A stretch of 64,000 bases of DNA from Hydrolagus colliei (Eukaryota). A model generated the notes under the pieces. It did not search any database. It was given only the letters and a program-made list of their open reading frames with translations, and was not told the origin of the DNA. The translations under genes and the position numbers were made by a program. Location of the stretch: NCBI GenBank assembly GCA_035084275.1, contig CM068755.1, positions 8,928,001 through 8,992,000 of the forward strand, read 5' to 3'. Shown piece after piece: positions 1-13,000 of the stretch. Within the stretch, counting starts at the first letter, position 1. Each line of letters begins with the position of its first letter.

Positions 1-1097
1 TGAACAATTGTAATTTGTTGTAAAGGAAAAAGAGGCAACTCACAAAGAACTATTTGTGAAGGGTAACCTGTTTAATGAAACACCTTCTGTGAAATTTATT
101 GTAGTGACATTCTTCTGAAGAAACCAGATGGTTTACTGCACTGTTTTTACCGTTTTGTGCTTTTAAGCAGAAAGCCTTTCTATGAGATCACAGCGTGGTC
201 TTTTCTGCATACACATCTTTAGCAAAGGGAACTAGAGGTTTTCACATGCAAACTCAATTCAGAAGTCATGTCCCATGCTCCAGGATTACACTATTTCAAA
301 TTAAGCAGGCTAGATTGTATAATGTGGCATAGAGCAAGCACTAATCCAAATAAGTGTTAACCTATTTTAAAATGTACAGATTTATCAGGAAGATTATATG
401 GCAAAATTGTGATGGAAAGATTTTTCTGAAACTGGAAACTGTCTGAGAGACAGAGACAAGTGGATCCAGAGGGCATGATTTGAGAACAAGCATTCTCTAC
501 ACTTTCTTCCTATTTCAAACCTTAACTTTGTGATTCTCAGGCAGCCTCAATAAAGAGCATTTACAAATACTTCTTTAACTTTACATTGAGTAAACTATTT
601 ACAACAAATTGGAAAGGTTAATAGTTTTAAATTTGGACACTCGGATTCTGAAACGAGCATACGTAGACTAACGAAAAGTATGTCTTGCAGCTTTAAAGTC
701 TACATATCGAAAGGCAGTAGTGAAATAAATGGGCAATTCTGTCAGTGATTGACTTTCTCATCTGTATATTCATGAATAGGTTGTTTTCTGGCACATTATG
801 TATACGATTAAATTACAAAACAGAAAAAAGTATGAAAACAAAACAGTGATTATGAATTCAAAGAAAGCAAACATGCTTGCAAGTCAAGGACTTCACATTC
901 ACAGCAGGTCTCTGTAGTGCAAGCTGACAGTTTTTGAGATCAGGAATCTCAAATAAAAACAGTACAACTAGCATGGATGGCCAACAGCAATATCCACTCA
1001 CTACTCCATAAATGTTGCATCCTGTAAGGCTGCTTGTGGACGGTAACAAGGACACTATATGACACTGGTAGATGAAATCCAAAGACGTCAGTAGCTG

Positions 1098-4000
1098 TTA
1101 TACCATCTTTCGAGCCACATAGTTCAAAATACCACTGTGCTTGTAAAAAGTGACCTCCATGTTATTTTCAAACATAGCTACAGCTTTGAATGTCTTTCCT
1201 GCACTTGTCTGCAAAAGATAAATTGTAACATATTGTCTTGAAAACATGGCCAATATTGGTTAAGATATCAAAACCTTAAAACACTGTTACCAAATTTATT
1301 TATTCTGCAAAAGAAACAAGTTATGGACATAAGTTAAAGTATATGCTTCAGAACTTGGGAAGCAGTAGCTTGCTATCAACTTGGCACGCTTCCAGTTACC
1401 CTGCAGTAGAAACGATTTAAAATGCATTTGATAGTGGTTCATAAAATCCCAGTGTGCCTTGTAATGGGCATGATTCCTTCATTCACTGTGCTGGACCTAA
1501 CTGGCAAGCACACAATTAGAAATGAGCCAGCTGGTCCAAAAACAGTAATATTGTACTGACTAAAAGTAGAAAGATTGTTTTGGAAATATTTTCTACGGCA
1601 ACATTCTTTCAAATAGGGCATGTGTGAATCGGGAATGTATACTGTCTCCTTGCTGGAGCTTCCAGTTTCCCAAGAGGGGATACGCAGTTTGGATAAATAC
1701 ACAAAGAGTGAAGATTGTACAGGACAGACAATCTCATGTCCCATTTGCACCATAAATGCCAACAATAAAATCTAGCTTGCAAAGAAACACAGAAAAAGAT
1801 CATAATGGCACAATAAATAAGTTCTTTAAAAAATGGATCTCCTTCTGGTGTGTGGAGCACAAAATTACCAACAGAAAATCATTTAATTGTAAGATAGGAT
1901 GTGTAAGATTTTGTATTCCTACCATTAAATCTATTGTTGTTCCGGGAGACAGATCTTGGGGAAGCTTGATGGTGTATTGTTCCTTCCCAGTGAGACCGAG
2001 CATTTCTGCATTTTCGCCTGGGAGGAACTGAAGAGGAATGACGCCCATGCCAACTAGGTGATTTTTGTGCATCTTTTCATAACTCTCTGCTAAGATAGCT
2101 TTCACACCCTGGAACACAGTGGTATCACAGTAAGAGTTCATGAACCAACCCAGCAATTAAGTCAAACTTGTCCTTTGAGAATTCATTCAGAGCAAAAGAA
2201 AACTATTTACCAGCAAATATGGTCCTTTAGCAGCCCAATCTCTTGAATTGCCCGAACCATATTTTTTTCCAGCCAAAATAATCAATGGAAAGCCCTCTCT
2301 GTGGTAGCGTTCTGCTGCATCAAACACATCAAGCTACAAAACAGAAGTTAGAGATAGCTTTACAAAATGGGAATACTATCAAACTATATCTCAATTTTAA
2401 TCCATTAATGGTAATAAGTACTCACAGTTTGTCCAGATGGGAAGTGTATGGTTTTAGGTGCCGTTTTTCCAATGAACTTGTTCACAAGTCTAATGTTTGC
2501 AAAGGTTCCTCTCGTCATCACAGCATCATTACCCCTTCGTGCTCCATAAGAATTAAACTCACGGGGTGTGAGACTAAATAAAATAACGCCAACACAATAA
2601 GTTACTCTGGGATTTTTGGTCAAATTTGACTAGTGAGAACAGAAGTCTCAACAGTATATTCATTTTTACTTTGGGTGAATGTCTTGTAAGTGGACTCTCA
2701 CACAAAGAATGTGTGAGAGTCCAAGTTGGGAGGGAGATTTTTATTTTGCATAAAGTCTAATCATTTGCAGTTTGGTTATCCACAATGGGAAGGTCCAGTT
2801 AGTGTGGATAATTGACACTACATGGAGCTTAATTATAAAGCTTACTATGAATTAAAATCAACTTACCCTTTGCTTGTCAGGTATCTAGCAGCAGCACTAT
2901 TACGGGCTATACTGCCTGCAGGAGATATATGGTCTGTTGTAACAGAATCTCCCAAATGGAGCAAGACGTGAGCATTTTCAATGGACTGGAGGGGGCTGGG
3001 TTCTTTGGTCTAAATAGAACATAAAGTTAGAATTTATTTACTGGAGCAGTGAAGATTTTCAAGCATTATGAGAGGGTAAAACGTAAATTAGTTTCACTGC
3101 TTGCGAGAGCAGAAATGTAAGAAAATGACAAAAATCAGGGTGGAGGTTGGAAAATATTTCTTAAAACACAAGGTGTACAAAGTTGCACTGTAATCTTCTA
3201 TTGTAAACCAATGTTGATGCAGAGTTCGTAGATTTGAAAAGGGAAATAGAAAGGTGCTTTAATAAAATGTTGAAGGGGTGGGGGAGCAAAAAGGAGAACT
3301 GGAGTTAGATGACTCGGGCTCATGAGGAGAGAAACTCCAGCTCAGTCACAATGCGTTTAATGACCAGTTCCAAAGTTCGTTGTATGCAATGCGGCATTTT
3401 GCAAAAGTAAATGAACGACAATCAGGCTAAGCAGATTTTACTCACAAATTTATCAAAAAATGAAGGACATCTGATGTACGTTGATTTTGAATCCCATGGG
3501 TACAAATCTGACTCGGGAGCATCCAAGGCATTCCAGCGTTTATTTCCTTTCTGCGAGAGGGGGGTGGGGGAGAAAAAAACAACTTTAAAAACAAACAAAC
3601 AGATCCTTTGAATTATAACCTCGAGTAAAATCCTGGAGATTTGGCAAAATCTAAAACAAACAAAAAAATAACAATGGTGTATTTAACACTACTGAGCTTC
3701 TTTTCGTTTGTGTAATTTTTGTCTTTTGGACGCCAATAATTCAACAACAAAATTACATTTATAGATCGCCTTTCATGTCGGGAGATGTCCCAAGGCCCTG
3801 TGCTCTCATGTGCCTTTAAAAATGTAGTGAATTACCAACCTCCATTTTTTCTCTCAGCTCTTTAAACATGGAAGGAATGACTTGCTGTTCTTCCACTTGC
3901 TGGATCTCTTCTCTACTGGGCCAGATATCACACAGGTAGATTTCTTTTCCTTCTGAATTGACACCTTAAAATAATGTGCAAATATTTCTTACATTTTTTA

Positions 4001-7000
4001 AATGATTTAAAAGTACTGAAAATTTTGGGGAAAAATCCATCAAATAAACTAAAAGCTTACCTAAAGGTTCGCTTTTGAAGTCTATGTTAATTGTGCCAGC
4101 TATGGCATATGCTACAACTAGTGGAGGAGAAGCAAGGTAGTTGGCACTAATGCAATCACAGAGGCGGCCCTCAAAGTTTTTGTTTCCAGATAAAACTCCA
4201 CATGCAACCAATTCCCCCTATAACCAGAATAATGAAAAAAAAGGCAGTAATCATCAAACACAACTTTCTTCCAATAATAAATTACAAACAGGTTTTTTCT
4301 AAATTTTTTCTATTGGTGATCCACAATTTATAATACAATTGTTTTTCAATACAGTGTGCCCACTGTGTCTAGGTGGGTTTTTAAATTTGGTTTTGCAAAG
4401 CTCACAATCGTTAGATATAGAATGCAGTTTAAATAGAAGATAAGAAGATAAGAATCCTTGCACTAGATATAGTGCCACATCATGTCTTCGAGACATCTCA
4501 AAGCGCTTCACCAGGATATATTATAAAGCTGGTGGATAAAGTCTGTACCTTTCTCATGTGCCTTTATGAATCCCCTAACAGAGTAAAAATTAGAAAACAC
4601 ATCTAGTTACCTGTTTGATACCAACAACAACAGAATCAGGCAGAGGGGCGGTGTTCCCAACACATGTTGCACAGCCATACCCAATAACCTCAAACCTGTT
4701 TTTTCCAAGGATAAAGAAGCAAGATTTTACATTTCCATACATTTGATATTTGTAAAAATGTTCGACAAATTGAAACTAGTGCCCTTCTAAATGCAAAAAA
4801 CTAGAAGAATGTGACGTGAAAATAGATTACTGCTTGCAAAGCACCAGGCCACTATTACATTTAAATTTACTTCAATAAGCTAAATTAATTCTGAAGCTGC
4901 ATTTATATACAATGCTTCTTTTATATTATACCGCAAGCTGCGGAATTTGAGTGTCACCTTTAGTGCAGCCAGAGTTTAAAAGTAAATCCTACTTACCCCA
5001 GAGTGTGGAGATAAGGCAGCACACCACTAGCATTTAAGTAACAGGTCACCATTCCACTTCCAGGAGACAAACTGGTTTTAATATAAGGTTTAACACACAG
5101 GCCGGCTTCAATAGCCTTTTTAGCCAGCAAACCTAATGGGAACATGTGAAATAGAAAGTTCTAGAAACCTTGTCTCAATAAATTATAGAACAAAATAAAT
5201 CAAAATACCATTCGTGGCACCACTGTCTCCCGAAGTAGGTCATATCCAACAACCAAATTATACTTGTATAGCATCTTTCACGTCAGGAGGACGTCATCCA
5301 GGTGGTAAAATTCATCTCCATACCAATTTGTCTAATGGCTGTGGTTTCACAGGTGCCAGATACCCTCAGAAACCTCACTCAAAGTAATAATCCACAATCA
5401 GCATTGGCAGATTAAAATAATTGTTGCATTTGATATAGCCCTTTACATGTCTTCTAGATGTCTTGAAGAGTTTAGCAGAATATATTATAAAGTGAATTGA
5501 CTGAATATGAGTGGGCAAAACATGGCAGCCTATTGAGCACAGCAGTGTCCCACAAACAGTCATGAATTGAGTGGCCAAATGTTATGTTATCTATTTATTT
5601 CCTTAAGGGTTTATTATCAAGTGTGTGGAGTAAGGAAACTTATCCTGCTGGGAATCAAATGCCTCTGGCTTGTGAGGTGTGTGCTCTGCTCTAACCACTA
5701 TTCAACTGCAACAGCTTTGTAATCAATTCCAAACTTTCTCATCCAAACTAAAAAACCTTCAAACAGAATTCCAGCAAGGTTACTGGATAGTAAGCAGAAC
5801 GTTTTCCTGACTTGAAACAATTAGGACAATTGCATTGTCCACACTCGTCTCCAGGTTTGATATAATCCAACGGAGCACAGTTTGGGGGAGGACAGTTTGG
5901 GGGAGGACAGTTTGGGGGAGGTCACCTTTAGGTCTTAAATAACTAACTTGACAAAGGGCTGAGAAATCAGAGAAGCTGGTAGTGACTTTTTTTCGTAGCA
6001 AAAAAAACCTTCCCAATAATGTCATAGGATTTAAACCAGGGTTCCAAGAGTCGGGGGGGAAACATACTAATGTAACGCATCATCAAATTCTTTAAACAGG
6101 AACAAATCTAGAATTGTGCTTTAATAATACTATTCCTCACATTTGATAAATGTGCTTTATCATGCATTCAAGGCATCTCAAAGCACTTGGCAGAATATAA
6201 TGAAACTGAATTATGTATTTTGCGGATGAAATGTGGCAGCCAATTGTGCACGGCAGTGTCCCACTAACAGTTGTAGATTCAGGGCCAAATTATTAATAAA
6301 AAATGATTTGAAGGGATTATTAAACCACGGAAAGCAACCTGCCAATCGACTAACAACCAAGTTTCTACTTACTGTTAATTAAACAGAGGTGAGAGTATGA
6401 AAACCTGCCTAACATTTCAACCTGCCCGGGAAATGAACCCATGTCCTCTCGATTGTGAGGCGAATGCTCTAATCAATACACTTCAGTCCTCCACAGAAGG
6501 TGCAAAACTGACCAACAGAAAACAAATTTGAATTGGCTTATTATTAATGTGCCTTACCTGCCCCCAACATGACAGATGGATTACAATTATTTGTACAGCT
6601 TATTACAGCTGCTATGACCACAGAACCATGCGAAAGTTTATAATCCTTTCCTTCGTACTTAATATCAACAGTGTCCTTTTGCTTCTCTGGAGGAATTTGA
6701 AATCCTTTAAAACCAACCTACAAAACAAAAATTTAAATCCAGTTTAAGAAAACTCTAACCTTACATGAAAGAACAATGTTGCATATAATTGCTGCTCTCC
6801 AATTTTCTTTCATTACTTTCTTCCTTCGATCACACTCCTTTCCCTTCCCCCAGCCCTCCACCCTCCTCGAGCTCAGGTCCAAAACACTGATTGTCCAGCG
6901 CCTTGAGACATCCTCCCAAATTGAAAGGTACTATACAAATGTAATTTTATTACATTGGTTAAGCATTCTTTGATTTTCCTCAGCTTAACATATCTTGGTA

Positions 7001-10000
7001 CAGCACAATTCTGCTTTTGGCATATGGTAACACAGTAAAGTGCAATATATGGCTTTTGGTTCTAACTAGTGAGTAGTGTCTGTCGATATGGAAATTTTCC
7101 GATATCAATATATCGGTGGGCTCATATCGATATATACCGATACATGTAGCCCATGTATGGGATCATCCCGTGAGGACATGTCCGTGGTGCTGGCAAAATA
7201 CTCGGATGTTGGCGATTGATGTTAGGACGTGCTCCTTGGTCTCGCTATAGAGCTTGGGAATATAGGTCCTGCTCATCACCGTTTCGCTGGGTGGTTTGTA
7301 CCTGGGGTCCATCGCATTTAGGAGGTGCCTAAACCCAGGCACCTCAACAGTCACCATTGGCATGCAGTCTTTTGCTATGCAATAAGTGACGGCGTCAGTG
7401 AGACTTTGCCACTTTTTGTCCCCTCTCTGGTACAATGTTCTCCTCTCAAATAAACCAGCAACTGTTGGAGCTCCCCTGGCCCCACTACCCATCGCTTCCT
7501 CCGAAGCGGGGTTCGACATTGTTCTGCTGTCGATGATGACTTCGCAGTTAGGGCAGTGTGCTGGATGGGGTGATGCTGCTTAATATGATGTCGCAAGTTG
7601 GTTGTGCTCGAATCAGATGCCTTAACCAAGGTCTTGCAAATTTTACATCTGAACATGCCATTGACTGACTGCATTGTTTTCAAAGTACTCCCATATGGGG
7701 CTGTTTTTCCCCATGATGAGAACGGTTAATTTTCAACCTCAACTTGTAAGCGATTTTGTTAGACGATGTATACACAGTAGTGTCCGGCGATATTGAATTT
7801 TTCCAATATCAATATATCGGTGGGCTGAGCTCATATGGATATATATACTGCTATATCGATTTCACCAGTTTATTTTATCCTGTGTATGCACAAGCATTCG
7901 GATGTGCACGCGCATTCCGTGCTCTAGGCCCAGGAGGTTTGCAATGCCGGCAACAAGGTAAGTTGAAAAAGTTTGTATTATACCGATACATCAATATATC
8001 GCTGGACATTATATACCGATGTTTTGCGATATACTGATTTTTTTAATACAGAATTTTTTGATATACTAATATATTGAAATTTACAATCTCGGTCTATCGA
8101 TATGAAAAATTATATCGATATATCACCGGACACTACTAGTGAGTTTCTTATACATAGGTACAGAGGGCCTCCTGGCATCACTAAAAACACTTTCAATGTT
8201 TTGGACCCAAACCACCACATTATAATGCCCATTCTGTTTGGAATTAAATAAATCAGTCCAATATTACAGATTGCTCAGCACCAGGCAACCATTCAAATAA
8301 AATCTAAAACAAATGCATTTCATAGAGGATTTAAAATTGTATTTTTAAATAATTGTCAAGATTATACAGAATATATGTCATGCACAAGCAAGAACTTTAT
8401 TCATTTTAGTTACTCACCCTTCCACTCAGGCTGTTCTGGAAATCTTTCTTCATGTCAGTTACTACAACTCTATCTTGAGGTCGTTTTGGACCACTTACAT
8501 ATGGTGCAATGGAAGAAAGATTTAATTCTATGACCTGAGTAAAGATACACAAGGTATTGATATACAAGGAATTCTATCCATCATCAACAACATTCTATCA
8601 ACTGAGCAGCATTTTTAAAAATCTTGACACAAACAGCCGCTGAGAAATCATGAAGCATCGATCACATGCATAAATGTTCTAGCATCTCCACTCATGTGAC
8701 ATGAGCAGGAGCTCTATCCCTAAGATGCCTCTAATCATTAAACATAAGTTAACAATTAGACATGGAGGTTCATTCACTATTCAAACTTTTAAAAAATTGC
8801 ACTGTGCTCGAAAAATGGCAGAATTTTACATTCAAACCATAAACAAGCTCTGCCAGATTTGTATTCAATAGTTGGCTAAACCAAGACAACATTCTTAAAT
8901 AGAGAAAAAAATTTAAGCCATTCAAAACATTCAACCATTCGTTTTAGAGGATCCAGAATGCTCACATTTGTTTCAATGTGGTACAGTGCGTTTACACTAC
9001 CTGAGAATAATCGGGATCTTGAGAGGAATTGTCATAATTTCTGAACAATTTCACAGCTTTTAAATAGGTTTCCACAGATTCAAGTTTTGCTTCGCCATAG
9101 CCTATTTTTTTAAAATAAAATAAAAAGATTTTAGTACACAGGTACACAAACAGAATCAGAAATGTTTGACACAAATTGTTCTAAGAATTTCAACACTGCC
9201 TCCTCACCTGTACATTTTAAATGCCTCAAAGTAACATCATCAACCGGGAAAAAGCTCACAGTAGCACCATATTCAGGACACATATTTGCTATAGTTGTTC
9301 GGTCTGCTACAGACAATTGCGACACCCCTGGTCCAAAAAATTCCACAAATTTTCCAGAAACTCCTACTTGTCGAAGTTGCTGTGGCAAAATGAAGAAAAG
9401 AAAATTAATCCAATTCTGTCTTTTCTAAAAATGTTAGCTTTACAGATAAAAAAAATTCCCAAGAAAATGTTCCCCTTACCTTTGTAATGCTTAAAACAAC
9501 ATCTATAGAAGTTGCCAGTGGATTAATGATCCCTACCAGTTTACACCCAACTACTTGAGGTAGTGTGAGAGTGACTGGCTGGCCAAGCATAACTGCTTCA
9601 CTTTCGATTCCACCAACACCTAGAAAATAAAGCATCATTATGCAGAAAATTAACTTCATTCTTTTTCTATGAAAATACTTTCTTTGCTCGGATGCCTAGT
9701 CAGCAGTATCAAACGCTTTGAGACAGCCTCCTGATGTGAAATGCGCTTCATATACATGAACTATATTGCATCAGGAATTAATATTACATTGTTTTGAACC
9801 CTACTACAGAATGAATGCCAAGAGTGGGTGCAGTACTGATTTACTAGGCTGATGCTATGTTCAATACAACAAGAAAAACCTGCATTTATATAACCCCTTT
9901 CACAGTATAGTATCTCAGAGTGCAACACGTAAGAGAGGCTAGGAGAAAAAATCTGATTTTTTTCCCCACAGGAGACCAGATTAGAAAGGTATTTGATCGG

Positions 10001-13000
10001 GGTGTTTTAACATTCTGAAAGGAAGTGTAAGACAGTGTAAAATGGAAAAACTAGTTTCTTTACTTGGGGAATCTGTGACAAAGGGCACACACAGGCTCAG
10101 AATTGTTGAACAGAAAATGTTGTCTTCCATCAAAGGACAAAATGCTTAACCAAAATGAGCTACTGATTTAGTAGAATATTAAAAAGCAACAAAATTGCAC
10201 TTATATAGCGCCTTTCACGTTGGGAGGGCGTCCCAAAGCGCTGAACAGTCAGGTCGGGACCCGAGCGGGGCTGGAGTGGGGGGTGGGGGGTTGGGGTAGG
10301 GGGAAAAGTTAGTGGGGGAGCCGAAGGCGTGGTCGAAGAGGAAGGGCTTGAGACCGGCCTTGATGGAGGAAAGGGAGGAGGCAAGGCGGAGGGGCAGCGG
10401 GATGGAATTCCACAGTGTGGAAGCAGAGAGGCTGAAAGCCCGGCTGCTGATGGTTGAGCGGTTAGGGCGGTGGACGTGGAGCAGGCCTGAGTCTGCTGAA
10501 CGGAGCAAACTGGATAAGCATCAGAGCAGAAAAACACCAAATAATAATAATCCTTGCATTTGATATTGTGTCTTATCGTATTGTCAAGACGTCTTAAAGG
10601 ATACACTGTAAAGTGGATTGGTTGTGTATTTTGTGAGTGAACCACAGCCAGTTTACGCACAGCAATATCCCACAAACAGCCAAGCAGTCAGTGATCCAAT
10701 TTTATTTGAGGGTTTTCTTGGCCAGGATACCCGGAGAAATGCCCTTCTCTTTTCTAATACTGCCATGGGATCTTTAACTTCTGCCTGAACAGGCAGACGG
10801 GACTTAGGTTTAATGTCTCATCTGGACTGTATAGCAAGGACAGCAGCTCTGATTTAACAATTTAACACACCCAAGCAAGCACTGCATTAATGGCAGCTAA
10901 AACTATGTGATTCCAAGTCCCGATGTGGACCCTACAATATTCTGACTCAGAGGCGACAATGCTACCATTGAGCCAAGCTGATGCCCAGAATATTAGGCGA
11001 GAGCTTGATTAATTTGTTAAAAAGACAATTTGGGAGGAAAACAAAAACAGGAAGTTGTTGCACTTTCTGGAGGTTACTTGACATTTTTTATGTTTCTAAT
11101 TTAGAACATAATTTTCAAAGGGTTACAGCTGATTTTTAGGCAATGGATTTGTAAATTGAATAGAAATTTGTGACAAAACTTAAAAATCAGTCGACGAACA
11201 GCATTGCTCACTTACCCCACCCTAGGATTCCAAGACCATTCACCATCGTTGTGTGAGAATCTGTGCCCACCACACTGTCAGGGAAGAAAACTCCACCCAG
11301 ATCAAACACAACGCGAGACAAGTATTCTAAGTTGACCTGATGTACAAGTCCACTTCCTGGAGGCACCACAGTCACATTCTGAAACACTTTAGAACTCCAC
11401 TTCATCGAACAAGAGCGGGGGTAGAAGGAAAAAAAGAAAAATGTACATGAAACCACACAATAATAATCCTTGTATTTGATAGAGCGCTTTTCATGTCTTC
11501 TAGGTGCGCAGAGCAGTGTCCCACAACAATCGTGGATTGAAATGACAAATTTATTGTAGGTTTTTTTTGGATGGATTATTATTAGGCATGTGGAGTAAGG
11601 AAACTTGCCCAAGGTTTCGCCTTGACCTGCCTGGAATTGAAACACAGGTTGCACACCTGTAAGGCGGGTGCTCTAACCACTGAGCTACAGGATTCCACAA
11701 TACAAACTGTCTTCATTTAACCACAATTATAATTTTTATTGCACTTATAGGATCATAGGATTATTGTGTAAGGAAACATTTAGGCCTGCAATTTGTAACA
11801 TACAAATTAATTGATTCCAGAAACACAGGTTATAATAAGAATTCAGTGAATGTGAAACTCGAAACAAGGATACTTTGGGAGTTTCATAATGAGCTCATTT
11901 AAAGTGTCATTTTAAAAAAATCTATATTTGAAGCAACAAATACCTTGAAAAACTGCAATCTCTCCTTATTTCTATTGAATTCCATTTCTTGACTTCTTAG
12001 TACGTTTTCTGGTCTGTAGACAAAAATGATGACAAAGTAAAATAACTTTTCAAATATTAAATTCTAAAGTATTTTTCAAATATACTAATTGATTTTAAGA
12101 AGAATATTCTGCATAATCCATAACATTGAATATATCCAGAAATATAAAGTCTGGAATATACGATTTCCAATTATTTTGCCTATATTCATCTACCACTTCT
12201 TTCTCCTGTTCCACTCCCAAAAAATATCCTTCATGGCAATCAAATGCTTCTAAACTGCTGTTCACAACCTCAATACCTTAACCATATCCAGACTAATTTA
12301 GAAACAGCTGATCATTCAACATGGGAGAAGAAAATATCATACTCTGCAACAGGCTGTAAGTGGAAGGGACAAAGCAATGGTGTATTCTCAATCTGCGCAG
12401 TCTGTTTTCCTGAGCTGGAAGCAGAACCTGTTTCACTCTGGCATGGACTTGAACAGGCACTGTAGCCTCTACACGGAGAGGTTTTAGAATGCAGCTTGCC
12501 ACTATTCGGCCTTGTTCCTGCTCCAGAAGCTTCATCTCCACCAGGGTTGGGAGCATTTTGTATTGCACTGTCAGAAACAAAATTGGATGATTACCTGCTG
12601 ACCAAATGAGAAGTTTACAATGGCTATACACTTTGCATACTTCACAAACTATAATGGCTAAAGAGTAAATGGAATTACTCTTCCATTTTAACCACAATGT
12701 AGATCTACTTAATTTTAAAGCAATAGACAGGAATTTTCCTTTCTTGTCTGAAAATTCAGCAAACTGAGTTTACAACTTAATCAAATAAAAAATATACATT
12801 GTTAGCAGCAGTATTTAACAGGCTTACTATGTGCCCTTTAGCAGAGAAGATACTTTATCAATGAAACCACTTCCTCAAATGCTTGCAGAAGTAATAGATT
12901 ACAATCAGTCATGTTGATGACCACTGCACACAATAAATGTGCAGAAAAAAAGTCTTTGGGAAAATTGTAAAGCAACTATCAACATGACATTTCAAACGAA

